Made by a program: the position numbers and the translations under genes
Notes under the pieces: model-generated
Seen by the model: only the letters and a program-made list of their open reading frames with translations
The model's database searches: none
What the model was told of the DNA's origin: nothing
Assembly (NCBI GenBank): GCA_964443495.1
Contig: CAYUCS010000001.1
Span: 2,615 to 66,614, forward strand
From: an uncultured Gammaproteobacteria bacterium
GTDB lineage: Bacteria > Patescibacteriota > Patescibacteriia > Patescibacteriales > GWE2-39-37
Direction of reading: 5' to 3'
DNA: 64,000 nucleotides
In this document: one piece after another, positions 24,770-33,935 of the stretch
Numbering within the stretch: position 1 is the stretch's first letter
Layout of the letters: every line of letters starts with the position of its first letter

Positions 24770-25912
24770 TTATTGCAATTTTATCTTCTTGATCGAGTTG
24801 TAAGCTTTTTCCGCTACTTTGACGTAATGGTAGTTGTTGAGCGCGTGTTCGGCGGCGTTGCGGCCCATCTCCTCGCGCAGTTTGTCGTTGGTCAGGAGTT
24901 CAAGGGTGTGCTTGGCCAGATCGGGGATGCTGGCGCGATAGGCGAAAACTTTCGGCTCGTCGAAGTGGATGCGGTGGTCGGCGTCGAAGCCCATATGCTC
25001 CCAAGCCCATTCCGATTCCAGCTTGACCGTTTCTCCGACCTCGGCCAAGAAGCCGGTCTTGCCATGGATGACGGTATCGGCAGGTCCGCCGACGTTGATC
25101 GAGATGACCGGCCGGCCGCAAGCCTCGGCTTCCATCTGGATCATGCCGAAGCCTTCGAGCCGCGAAGGGGCGGCGTAGATGTCGGCCGCGCCGATGAGGT
25201 AGGGCATGAAATCGTGCGAGAAGGCGCCGGAGAGGTAGCTGATCTTGCCGCGGTCGATGCCGAGCGTCTCGATCAGCTCATCTTCTTCGCGGCGGTGGAT
25301 TTCAGCTGATTCGCTTTCCCAAGTCTTCATGACGTAGCGCCATTTCGGGAACTCTTCATCGACCATCGAAAGGGCCTTGAGCATTTCCTGGGCGCCTTTG
25401 CTGGTAACGTCGCCGCCGATGGTCAGGATCATCTTTTCGTCAGGAGCGATGCCGAGCATTTTGCGCAAAGTCTGGATCTTCGGGTCCTGCTTGTCTATCG
25501 GGAAAATCTCTTTCGGATCAAAACCGATCGGCAGCGTCTCGAAGTTCTTGGTATCGACGCCATCGCGCTTGTAGGTGTCGGTCACCCAGTTGGAGGTAGT
25601 GAAGACGAGCGGCAGGTTAGATAGCTGCTTGTGGTAGTTGGCGACCCAGCCGTTGGCCACGAACCATGGTACCGGAGTGACGCCATTGTTCATCGGCGAG
25701 AAGACGATGTTCGGTGCGTAGGTCCAGCAGCCGACGCCGAGCGCCACATCCGGCTTGAAGGCGTCATAGACCCATTGTTTCTGAAAGCTGGGGTTGTAGT
25801 GGCAAGCGATCGTTTCAACGCCGAGCTCTTTCAAGCCGCGATACATCAGGTTGCCTTGGATGCTTAATCCGTCGGATTCGACGGGATGCGAGTACAGGAC
25901 TGCAATTTTCAT
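24770..25912 (-). CDS. GT4-family glycosyltransferase
   Basis: C-terminal GT-B nucleotide-sugar-binding block ADIYAAPSRLEGFGMIQMEAEACGRPVISINVGGPADTVIHGKTGFL (E-x7-E-type). Confidence 0.8.
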   Translation of the reverse strand: MKIAVLYSHPVESDGLSIQGNLMYRGLKELGVETIACHYNPSFQKQWVYDAFKPDVALGVGCWTYAPNIVFSPMNNGVTPVPWFVANGWVANYHKQLSNLPLVFTTSNWVTDTYKRDGVDTKNFETLPIGFDPKEIFPIDKQDPKIQTLRKMLGIAPDEKMILTIGGDVTSKGAQEMLKALSMVDEEFPKWRYVMKTWESESAEIHRREEDELIETLGIDRGKISYLSGAFSHDFMPYLIGAADIYAAPSRLEGFGMIQMEAEACGRPVISINVGGPADTVIHGKTGFLAEVGETVKLESEWAWEHMGFDADHRIHFDEPKVFAYRASIPDLAKHTLELLTNDKLREEMGRNAAEHALNNYHYVKVAEKAYNSIKKIKLQ

Positions 25913-25962
25913 AATTTTTAGTTACCAATCTCCTTTTTGGTAATGCCTAAATTATCGCTAAA

Positions 25963-26577
25963 TTATTTTAATTCCTTGAACGCTTCGGGGTTGGTGCAGT
26001 AGTTCGTATCTATGCCATCAGGACTGAAGCCGTAAATGTCGGTCATTATGGCTTTCTTGGCCATGAATTGCTTCTTGGACAGGTTCAGCGTCACGTCGGC
26101 TGAAGCGGCCGGCTTCAATTGACCGTAAAGCTTGCGGTCTTTCTTGACGTAGCTGAAGCAGAATGCGCGCTTGGCCTGGATCCGCCCTTCGGCAACAAGC
26201 GTCTTGACCGCTTCGTGCGTGGCGACATGCGCTTCGTGGCCGTACTCGCCATTGGCGCCATGCGTGAACAGGTAGTCGATCGGTAACTTGCCGAGGTATC
26301 GGGCGGCCAGTCTGCCGGCCTCTGATACTGTCTGCGCGTAATCGAGGTTGCCCTCGTCGTCCATGTCCTCGATGATAGCGGTCGCGCCGTAGCGTTCGCA
26401 GACGCGCTTGAACTTCGGCGCGCGGTCGAGATCGGAAGCGCGGCAGAGAGCCATGATCGTCCAGTCGAGTTCCGGGTGCTTCAAAATAAAACCGCCCATC
26501 CAGATCGTCTCGTCGTCCGGATGAGCCACGATGACCACGGCTCGCTCTTTGTCCTTGAATTTCAATCGAGTGTTCAT
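25963..26577 (-). CDS. PIG-L/LmbE-family N-acetylglucosaminyl deacetylase
   Basis: Signature VVIVAHPDDETIWMGG and downstream HGANGEYGHEAH (Zn ligands). Confidence 0.85.
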   Translation of the reverse strand: MNTRLKFKDKERAVVIVAHPDDETIWMGGFILKHPELDWTIMALCRASDLDRAPKFKRVCERYGATAIIEDMDDEGNLDYAQTVSEAGRLAARYLGKLPIDYLFTHGANGEYGHEAHVATHEAVKTLVAEGRIQAKRAFCFSYVKKDRKLYGQLKPAASADVTLNLSKKQFMAKKAIMTDIYGFSPDGIDTNYCTNPEAFKELK

Positions 26578-26692
26578 GCTGTATCCATTATATCAGGCGC
26601 TGTGATTTTTTTCAACAATTTAACCAATAAAAATCGGGTTATCCGTGGCGACTATTCCGCGATTTTGTGATAGACTGTAAGTATTAATTATT

Positions 26693-27430
26693 GTGTCGGA
26701 AAATATGGAAATCATCGTGGCGAAAAATTACCGCGAAATGTCGATTATTGCTGCCGATTTGGCTTTGAGGCAGCTTGCGCGGAAGAAGTCGAGCGTGCTC
26801 GGCTTAGCCACCGGCAACACGCCGATCGGCTTTTATCGCGAGCTCGTCAAAGCGAATCATCGCGGCGATGTGAGTTTTAAGAACGTGAAGACTTTCAACC
26901 TTGACGAATTTGCCGGGCTGGATGACACGGATCGGGGCAGCCTGTTCTACTATATGCGCAAGCATCTGTTTGATAAGGTCGATCTGCAGCCGAAGAACAT
27001 AAACATGATCGATGGCCGCGCGAAAAATTTGAAGGCGGAGTGCCATCGTTTCGACCAAGCCATCAAAAAGGCCGGCGGCATAGACTGGCAGCTTCTGGGT
27101 ATCGGCGGCAACGGCCACATCGGTTGGAACGAGCCGGGCACCAGCTTCAAATCGCGCACGCACCTGCTTGACCTGACGATCAAGTCGAGGCGAGCCCAGG
27201 CTGAAAATTTCAAAAGCATCAAGGAAGTGCCCAGGCAGGGCTTGACCATGGGCATCGGTACGATAATGGAAGCGAAGCAGCTCGTGCTTCTGGCCGACGG
27301 CAAAGAGAAGGCGAAGATAGTGCGCGAAGCGTTGCGCGGACGCATCAGGCAGAGGGTGCCGGCGACTGCCTTGCAAAGGCACCCGAACCTGACTGTCATT
27401 CTCGATGAAGACGCAGCTTCGGCGCTTTAG
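26693..27430 (+). CDS. nagB: Glucosamine-6-phosphate deaminase
   Basis: GLATGNTPIGFYRELV, FKNVKTFNLDEFAGL and LLGIGGNGHIGWNEPGTSF match NagB signature blocks. The start could be GTG 26693 or ATG 26705. Confidence 0.85.
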   Translation: MSENMEIIVAKNYREMSIIAADLALRQLARKKSSVLGLATGNTPIGFYRELVKANHRGDVSFKNVKTFNLDEFAGLDDTDRGSLFYYMRKHLFDKVDLQPKNINMIDGRAKNLKAECHRFDQAIKKAGGIDWQLLGIGGNGHIGWNEPGTSFKSRTHLLDLTIKSRRAQAENFKSIKEVPRQGLTMGIGTIMEAKQLVLLADGKEKAKIVREALRGRIRQRVPATALQRHPNLTVILDEDAASAL

Positions 27431-27447
27431 CAGTCATTATTCGATAT

Positions 27448-28785
27448 ATGGTTTTCGGATTGGAAAAATTCATCTACCCCGAGGAGGTGCCGTCGCCCAG
27501 GCCCAGGATTAATCGACGCAGGGAAGAGCCGGTCGATGAAAGCAGGCGTAAATTCTTGAAATTTCTCGGAGGTGCCGCCGCCGCTGGAGTGGTTGCTAAT
27601 CCTGTAATTAAGGCCGCTGAAAAGGCATTTGACCAGCTCGGACGCATCGGGTCGGTCGCAAAGGAAGGAGAGTCTGGCAATGGCCCAGACGAAGAAAGGG
27701 CGGAGGCGACGACCGGGCAGGTGGAAATCGCCAATCATGATGCCAAATCGCTTGAAGAGATAGTGTCGTACCGGAAGCCAGGCAAGATCAATCTCAATTT
27801 AGATACGGCCAAGCAAGTCGAGAACTACTGGCTCAATCAGTATGCTGTCGGCGATTTGCATCGCAGCCTGGAAACTGCCTATAGGGATATCGGTGAGTGG
27901 CAACCGTATCTTGAGGCGGAGTTCAGGAAAGAATTCAATCAGAATTTCGCGCGGGCTTATGGCCAGGATGCGCAAGAGAGGGCAATCAGCTTGGTATATT
28001 TGGCCATCCCCGAATCTCATTGGAACGTCAAAGCCATTTCGCCGGCCAAAGCGGTTGGCCCCTATCAATTTATGCAAACCACGGCTAAGCAGGTAGATTT
28101 GCGCGTCGGCGCAGGGATTGACGAACGGAAAGACCCGGTCAAGAGCGCGAGAGCTTGCGCCAAGGTTTTGAAACAGCTGTATCAGGCGACTCAGGATTGG
28201 GATCTGACCCTCTCGGGTTATAACGGCGGGTTCGTTTGGCGCTACCTCAAGGAAGCGCGCAGCGGCGGCCGGGAAATCGGCTATGCCAATTTTCTTGAAT
28301 ATTTGCAAGGTAAGATAAACCAGGCTAAGGCCGATGTCGAAAAGAATGGCAAAATCGGGCCTGATCGCAAAGAAGCCGAGTTCCGCCGCCGGACGGCCGG
28401 CTTTGCTGAAAACATTAATTATCCTGCCAAATTCAATGCAGTCTATGCCCTGATCAAGGAAAAATTGGTTAACGAACAAAAACCAGCAGTTGTTTTCGAG
28501 GAAAAGAGGGTTAGCAATCCGGCGCTTGTCCATCGGGTCAAGAAAGGGGATTCCCTGTCTTTGCTGGCCAGGCGTTACGGGCTGACTGAAGACCAGTTGT
28601 GCCGTTACAACGGCCTCGGGAGAAATAAGCCGATAAAAATGAATGCGCTCTTGAAGATTCCACCGCGTCTTAATTTGGCTGAAATCGGGCGGCAAAGGCA
28701 GATTCCGGTTTCTCGTTTGGCGCATCTTAACCCGGCCATGGAAGTGGACACTCCGATTCCTCACAATTACGTCGTCAGAGTATAA
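27448..28785 (+). CDS. Lytic transglycosylase (SLT domain) with C-terminal LysM and a Tat-like SRRKFLK motif
   Basis: SLT catalytic region IPESHWNVKAISPAKAVGPYQFMQTTA. LysM VHRVKKGDSLSLLARRYGLTEDQLCRYNGL. N-terminal ESRRKFLKFLGGAAAAGVV. Confidence 0.8.
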   Translation: MVFGLEKFIYPEEVPSPRPRINRRREEPVDESRRKFLKFLGGAAAAGVVANPVIKAAEKAFDQLGRIGSVAKEGESGNGPDEERAEATTGQVEIANHDAKSLEEIVSYRKPGKINLNLDTAKQVENYWLNQYAVGDLHRSLETAYRDIGEWQPYLEAEFRKEFNQNFARAYGQDAQERAISLVYLAIPESHWNVKAISPAKAVGPYQFMQTTAKQVDLRVGAGIDERKDPVKSARACAKVLKQLYQATQDWDLTLSGYNGGFVWRYLKEARSGGREIGYANFLEYLQGKINQAKADVEKNGKIGPDRKEAEFRRRTAGFAENINYPAKFNAVYALIKEKLVNEQKPAVVFEEKRVSNPALVHRVKKGDSLSLLARRYGLTEDQLCRYNGLGRNKPIKMNALLKIPPRLNLAEIGRQRQIPVSRLAHLNPAMEVDTPIPHNYVVRV

Positions 28786-28815
28786 AAAACCGCCAATTTA
28801 AGCTGGCGGTTTTTA
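28786..28815 (+). terminator. Rho-independent terminator
   Basis: ACCGCCA-atttaagc-TGGCGGT followed by tttt. Confidence 0.8.
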
Positions 28816-28951
28816 AGCGGTCGATGCGCCCTGTGGCAATTTGATAAAAAGCAAGCAAGATTAGCCAATAATTTGCCAAAATGAGATTATTCAGGTATGC
28901 TATATCTAATCAATCGCGAGTGATTGATAATTATATTATATTTCAAACGGT

Positions 28952-30166
28952 ATGAGCGTAATCACAGACCAGTCAAAAATCAACGAAGTAATGAATCGCG
29001 GAGTCGAGAATATCTATCCGAACCGTGAATATTTGGCCAAGGAATTAGCCTCCGGTAAGCGTTTGCGGATTTATTGCGGCTTCGACCCGACTGCTCCGTC
29101 GCTCCACATCGGTAATGCCATCCAGATAAACAAGCTCGGACAGCTTCAGGCTTTAGGGCATGAGGTAATCTTCTTGATCGGCGATTTCACGGCAACGATC
29201 GGAGACCCGACCGACAAGAAGGCGACACGCAAGAAAATGACTCGAGCCGAGGTGGTGGCGAACAGCAAGAATTTCAAGAAGCAGGCTTCGGCATATCTTA
29301 AGTTTACCGGAGATAATCCGGCAAAGGTGGTCAGGAACAGCAAGTGGCTGGACAAGATCAGTTTCGCCGGCCTGATCGAGCTGGCCGCCCATTTCACGGT
29401 CGGACAACTGATCGTGCGGGATATGTTCCAACAGCGCATGAAGGAAGAGAAGCCGATCCATCTGCACGAGTTCCTTTATCCGCTCGCGCAAGGCTATGAC
29501 AGCGTAGCGTTGGATGTCGATATGGAGCTGGGCGGCAACGACCAGACTTTCAATATGCTGTGCGGCCGCGATCTGATGAAATCACTCGGCATGAAAGAGA
29601 AGTTCGTCATGACCACCAAGCTGCTGGTCGATGATACCGGCAAGAAGATGGGCAAAAGCGAGGGCAATATCGTCGCGTTGGACGAATCACCGGAAAACAT
29701 GTACGGCAAGATCATGTCCTGGCCTGACGGCGCGATCATGAACGGCTTTGAGTTGTGCACTAACGTCGCTATGCCTGAAATAGAGGCCATGAGAACGGAG
29801 CTTAAAGCTGGCAAGAACCCGCGCGATGCCAAGATGCGCCTGGCCTTCGAAGTAACGCGCCTTAATCACGGCGAAAAGAAAGCCAAGCAGGCTGAAGCCA
29901 ATTTCATCAAGACGGTCCAGAAGAAAGAAGTTCCTGAGGATATCGAACAGGCGCGCATGCCGATCCAGAATATCAAGCTGGTCGATCTGCTGATCGAGCT
30001 GAAGCTGGCTGCCAGCAAGAGCGAGGCTCGGCGCTTGATCGAACAGGGCGGCATAAGAATCAACGAGCAAGCCGTGACTGATGTGAATAAGGATATCAAC
30101 ATAGAACACGCCCCGATGCTGATCCAGCGCGGCAAACGGCAATTCATCCGGGTAATCGGCGAATAA
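28952..30166 (+). CDS. tyrS: Tyrosine--tRNA ligase
   Basis: HIGH motif PSLHIGN, KMSKS motif KMGKS, C-terminal S4-like domain (SEARRLIEQGGIRIN). Confidence 0.95.
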   Translation: MSVITDQSKINEVMNRGVENIYPNREYLAKELASGKRLRIYCGFDPTAPSLHIGNAIQINKLGQLQALGHEVIFLIGDFTATIGDPTDKKATRKKMTRAEVVANSKNFKKQASAYLKFTGDNPAKVVRNSKWLDKISFAGLIELAAHFTVGQLIVRDMFQQRMKEEKPIHLHEFLYPLAQGYDSVALDVDMELGGNDQTFNMLCGRDLMKSLGMKEKFVMTTKLLVDDTGKKMGKSEGNIVALDESPENMYGKIMSWPDGAIMNGFELCTNVAMPEIEAMRTELKAGKNPRDAKMRLAFEVTRLNHGEKKAKQAEANFIKTVQKKEVPEDIEQARMPIQNIKLVDLLIELKLAASKSEARRLIEQGGIRINEQAVTDVNKDINIEHAPMLIQRGKRQFIRVIGE

Positions 30167-30169
30167 GAT

Positions 30170-30976
30170 ATGCGCATCGGCGTTTTTGATTCCGGTTTCG
30201 GCGGCTTGACCGTGCTGAGCGAACTGGTCCGGGCCTTGCCAAGGCATGATTTAGTCTATCTTGGCGATAGCGCGCGGGCGCCGTATGGCAATCGGTCTCG
30301 CGAGGAAATATTATCGTTTACGGCGCAGGCGGTCGAGTTCTTGGCGGCGCAGAAGTGCGGCGTAATCATCATCGCATGCAACACGGCTTCGAGCGAGGCT
30401 TTGCGAGTGATCCAGCAGCAGATGGTGCCGGACAGGTTTCCCGGCCTGAAGGTGCTCGGCGTGCTTATCCCGTCCGCTGAGGCGGTAATCGGCAAAGGCT
30501 ACGGGACGGTGGGGGTGATCGGCACTGTCGGGACCGTAAAATCAGGCGCCTATCAACGCGAAATCGCCAAAATCGCGCCAGAAGCAAAAGTAATCGCTTC
30601 GGCTTGCCCGAAGCTAGCCGGCTTGATCGAGTCCGGTGCCGGCGATAGTTTGGAAACGGAAAACGAATTGCGCGCCTGTCTTGAGCCGATGGTCACGAGC
30701 GGCGCCGAGGCCTTGATTCTCGGCTGCACGCACTATCCTTTGGTGGCAGGCAAGATAAGAAGCATGCTGCCGCCGGCAGTGGAGGTGATAAATCCGCCGA
30801 AGCTGATTGCTGAAAGTTTTTTAAAATATCTGGAGCGGCATCAGGAAATAAGAGACGGCTTGAGCCGCTTGGGCATGATACAATTTTTTACGACCGGCTC
30901 GGCCAAGGATTTCGGGGAGCAGGGAGAAAGATTTTTCGGCGGCAAGCTAGGCGTCGTCAAGCAGATAAGATTATAA
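30170..30976 (+). CDS. murI: Glutamate racemase
   Basis: IGVFDSGFGGLTV, catalytic ACNTAS and GCTHYP blocks. Confidence 0.9.
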   Translation: MRIGVFDSGFGGLTVLSELVRALPRHDLVYLGDSARAPYGNRSREEILSFTAQAVEFLAAQKCGVIIIACNTASSEALRVIQQQMVPDRFPGLKVLGVLIPSAEAVIGKGYGTVGVIGTVGTVKSGAYQREIAKIAPEAKVIASACPKLAGLIESGAGDSLETENELRACLEPMVTSGAEALILGCTHYPLVAGKIRSMLPPAVEVINPPKLIAESFLKYLERHQEIRDGLSRLGMIQFFTTGSAKDFGEQGERFFGGKLGVVKQIRL

Positions 30977-30977
30977 C

Positions 30978-31595
30978 ATGGAAAAAAGCAAAAAATATCA
31001 TATTTTCTTGCTATCGGCCACTATCGCGGTCATGGTTTGGTCGGGAATTGCGCCGAGGGATTATTTCACCTGGATCCTTGAGGTTTTTCCGGGCATTATC
31101 GGCATCGCCATCCTTTTGTCGCTTTACCGCAAGTTCAGGCTGAGCAACCTGCTTTATGCTTTAATCGCTGTCCATATCATGGTGCTAGCGATCGGCGGTC
31201 ATTACACCTATGCCGAGATGCCCCTGTTCAATTGGCTGCGCGACGCCTTCGGCTTGGCTCGCAATTATTACGATCGTTTGGGCCACCTGATGCAGGGGCT
31301 AGTACCCGCGTTGATCGCTCGTGAGATATTCTTGCGGCAGCAGGTAGTCAAGCCCGGTGCTTGGCTGAATTTTTTCATGGTCGCCTCAGCTCTGACCATT
31401 AGCGTTTTTTACGAATTCATCGAATGGTGGGTGGCGGTCGGCACCGGTACGGCTGCGGAGGCCTTCCTCGGCACCCAGGGTGACGTTTGGGACACCCAGT
31501 GGGACATGTTCATGGCTTTGGTGGGGGCCCTCGCTGCCATCGTGATTTTTACGAAGGCGCACGACAAATCATTAAATAAGATAGAGAAGTTATGA
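30978..31595 (+). CDS. DUF2238/YjdF-family inner-membrane protein
   Basis: Multi-pass membrane protein with the IGGHYTYAEMPLFNWL and YDRLGH blocks typical of YjdF-like proteins. Confidence 0.65.
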   Translation: MEKSKKYHIFLLSATIAVMVWSGIAPRDYFTWILEVFPGIIGIAILLSLYRKFRLSNLLYALIAVHIMVLAIGGHYTYAEMPLFNWLRDAFGLARNYYDRLGHLMQGLVPALIAREIFLRQQVVKPGAWLNFFMVASALTISVFYEFIEWWVAVGTGTAAEAFLGTQGDVWDTQWDMFMALVGALAAIVIFTKAHDKSLNKIEKL

Positions 31596-33319
31596 GTCTT
31601 TTGCAAAAGATAAAGACCGAATTAGCTGGCCAGATCAATGCCGGCCTTAAGAAACAGGGGACGGTCGGCGCGGCGGATTTCGTCTTTCCGCCGAACTCGG
31701 AAATGGGCGACCTGAGCCTGCCTTGCTTCGGTTTGTCCAAAAACCTGAAACAGTCCCCCAATGAAGTAGCGAGCTTTTTGGTCGGCAAGATCAAGGCGGA
31801 GGGATTCATCCAGGGCGTGCGCACCGCCGGGCCATATCTAAATATCACGCTCAATAAGAATGCGGTGACCAACGAGCTGTTCAAAGAGGTTTTTAAAGAA
31901 AAAGATAAGTTCGGCACCAATAAGACCGGCAAGAAGCAGGGCGTGATGATCGAGTATTCCAACGCCAACACTCACAAGGAGTATCACATCGGCCACTTGC
32001 GCAACATCGCCTATGGCGATGCCGTCAATCGCTTGACCGCAGCCAACGGTTTCGAGGCGATTCCGGTTTCCTATATCAACGACTTCGGCATCCATGTGGC
32101 CAAGACTTTATGGTGGCTGATCAATCCGGAGAATCATGAAAATTTGCGTAACACAGACGTTGATAAGCTGCCCAGCAAGGGCGGCTATCTGGCCAAGACC
32201 TATGCCGGCTCCACTGCAGCCATGGCTGACAACCCCGAGTCCAAGGACGAGGTCGGCCGCGTGATGCAGCAGATCGAGAGCCGCAAAGGCGAGATTTACG
32301 AGTTATGGCAGCAAACGCGCCAATGGAGCATCGATCAGTTCGCGCAGATTTATAATGAATTGGGCGTCGATTTCAAAGACACCTTTTACGAGAGCGAGTT
32401 TATAGAAGCAGGCATGAAGAAGGTCTCTGAACTGTATGAGAAGCATTTCCTGAAAAGAAGCGAGGGAGCTATCATTGCCGACCTGGAGAAGCATAATCTG
32501 GGTATCTTGATGTTTTTGCGTTCCGACGGCACCGCGCTTTACCCGGTAGCTGACCTGCCGCTAGCCATTGCCAAGTTCGAGAAGTACAAAATTAAGAAAT
32601 CGATTTATGTGGTCGATATCCGCCAAGGCCTTTATTTCAAACAGTTGTTCAAGGTCTTGGAGGAAATGGGTTACAAGCAGGAGCTGGTCCATTTGGGCTA
32701 CGACTTCGTCAAGCTGCCTGAGGGCATGATGGCTTCGCGGACCGGCAACGTCGTGACTTATGATGACTTGAAACAGAAGATGGTGGAGAATTCGCGCCAG
32801 TCCACTAGAGAAAAGCATCCTGACTGGACGGACGAGCAGGTCGAGGTTGTGGCCGAGAAGATCGCTTTGGGCGCAATGAAGTTCGAAATGATCAAGGTCG
32901 GTCGCGACAAGACGATCATTTTCGAACTGGAGAAGGCGATGCGTTTCGATGGCTTCACTGCCGCTTATCTGCAATATGCTTATGCCAGGATCCAGAGTAT
33001 TTTGCGCAAGGCCGAAACTTCGGTAAAGAAGCAGAAAGAATTGAAACTGGAACATATCAAGGAACAGGAGCTTGTGACTAAGGTTATGAAATATCCGGAA
33101 ACAGTCGCAGCGGCTGGGGAGCAATATGAGCCTTCGGAAATCGCCAAATATCTGTTCGAGCTAGCGCAGCAATTCAATGATTACTACCACGAAGTTCCGG
33201 TGATGAAAGAAGAGGATGGCCTGGTCCGTGAGTCGCGGCTGTCTTTGCTTCGGGTTGTCAGCCAAGTTCTGGCAAACGGCTTGCATTTGCTCGGAATCGA
33301 GGCAATCGAAGAAATGTAG
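31592..33319 (+). CDS. argS: Arginine--tRNA ligase
   Basis: HIGH-like SNANTHKEYHIGHLRN, anticodon-binding DALR domain (YLQYAYARIQSILRK), 575 aa. Its start overlaps the upstream stop by 4 nt. Confidence 0.95.
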   Translation: MSLLQKIKTELAGQINAGLKKQGTVGAADFVFPPNSEMGDLSLPCFGLSKNLKQSPNEVASFLVGKIKAEGFIQGVRTAGPYLNITLNKNAVTNELFKEVFKEKDKFGTNKTGKKQGVMIEYSNANTHKEYHIGHLRNIAYGDAVNRLTAANGFEAIPVSYINDFGIHVAKTLWWLINPENHENLRNTDVDKLPSKGGYLAKTYAGSTAAMADNPESKDEVGRVMQQIESRKGEIYELWQQTRQWSIDQFAQIYNELGVDFKDTFYESEFIEAGMKKVSELYEKHFLKRSEGAIIADLEKHNLGILMFLRSDGTALYPVADLPLAIAKFEKYKIKKSIYVVDIRQGLYFKQLFKVLEEMGYKQELVHLGYDFVKLPEGMMASRTGNVVTYDDLKQKMVENSRQSTREKHPDWTDEQVEVVAEKIALGAMKFEMIKVGRDKTIIFELEKAMRFDGFTAAYLQYAYARIQSILRKAETSVKKQKELKLEHIKEQELVTKVMKYPETVAAAGEQYEPSEIAKYLFELAQQFNDYYHEVPVMKEEDGLVRESRLSLLRVVSQVLANGLHLLGIEAIEEM

Positions 33320-33351
33320 TTCATTATCATAACGACAAGGAGGGTGAATCG

Positions 33352-33567
33352 ATGGGAAAGATAAGCCAAGCGGTGTTCGTGGTCTTTTTGTCTTTTTGCC
33401 TGTGGCTCTTCCTGATCGCGGTGTCGAGACGGCTGTTTGCGCGGCTTTATCGCATCGAGCATGAAGACGTCGATCTCCATCCGCATTCCGGACATCTGAA
33501 TCGAGCCGTGACGTTTTTCGTCACCGTTTTAGGCTTGCTCATGATCTGGAAGATCGACATCAATTGA
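33352..33567 (+). CDS. Small membrane protein (71 aa)
   Basis: SD AAGGAGGgtgaatcgATG. Two hydrophobic helices. Confidence 0.5.
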   Translation: MGKISQAVFVVFLSFCLWLFLIAVSRRLFARLYRIEHEDVDLHPHSGHLNRAVTFFVTVLGLLMIWKIDIN

Positions 33568-33589
33568 CCGCATCAAAAGGAGGTGCAAG

Positions 33590-33823
33590 GTGAATCCGTC
33601 GTCGAGGGTCAATTATCTCCGCTTGCAGGAGGTGAAACGCACCAGCGTCTTGATGCTGATCGGCATATTGCTGTTTACGTATGTCGTGACGCACGATATG
33701 CTCAATTTCACTTTCGAAATCCTGTATTCGGTAGCAGTCGGCGCTTTAGCTGGCAGCTGGTCGTTTTTCCTGGGCACCGGCAAGGTGTGGCAGGAATGGT
33801 TCTGGAAAAAGAGGCTCAAGTAG
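33590..33823 (+). CDS. Small membrane protein (77 aa)
   Basis: SD AAAGGAGGTGcaagGTG. Two hydrophobic helices. Followed by the hairpin aagaggctcaagtagcctctt plus a T-run. Confidence 0.5.
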   Translation: MNPSSRVNYLRLQEVKRTSVLMLIGILLFTYVVTHDMLNFTFEILYSVAVGALAGSWSFFLGTGKVWQEWFWKKRLK

Positions 33824-33935
33824 CCTCTTCTTTTTTTGCGGTAACAAAAGGTTGGCGTAACAGTATATTAATGTAAGCGTTGCTTTATCAACGCCCATTT
33901 TTAAGGTATAATGACTGCAATAATAATCGAAAAAT

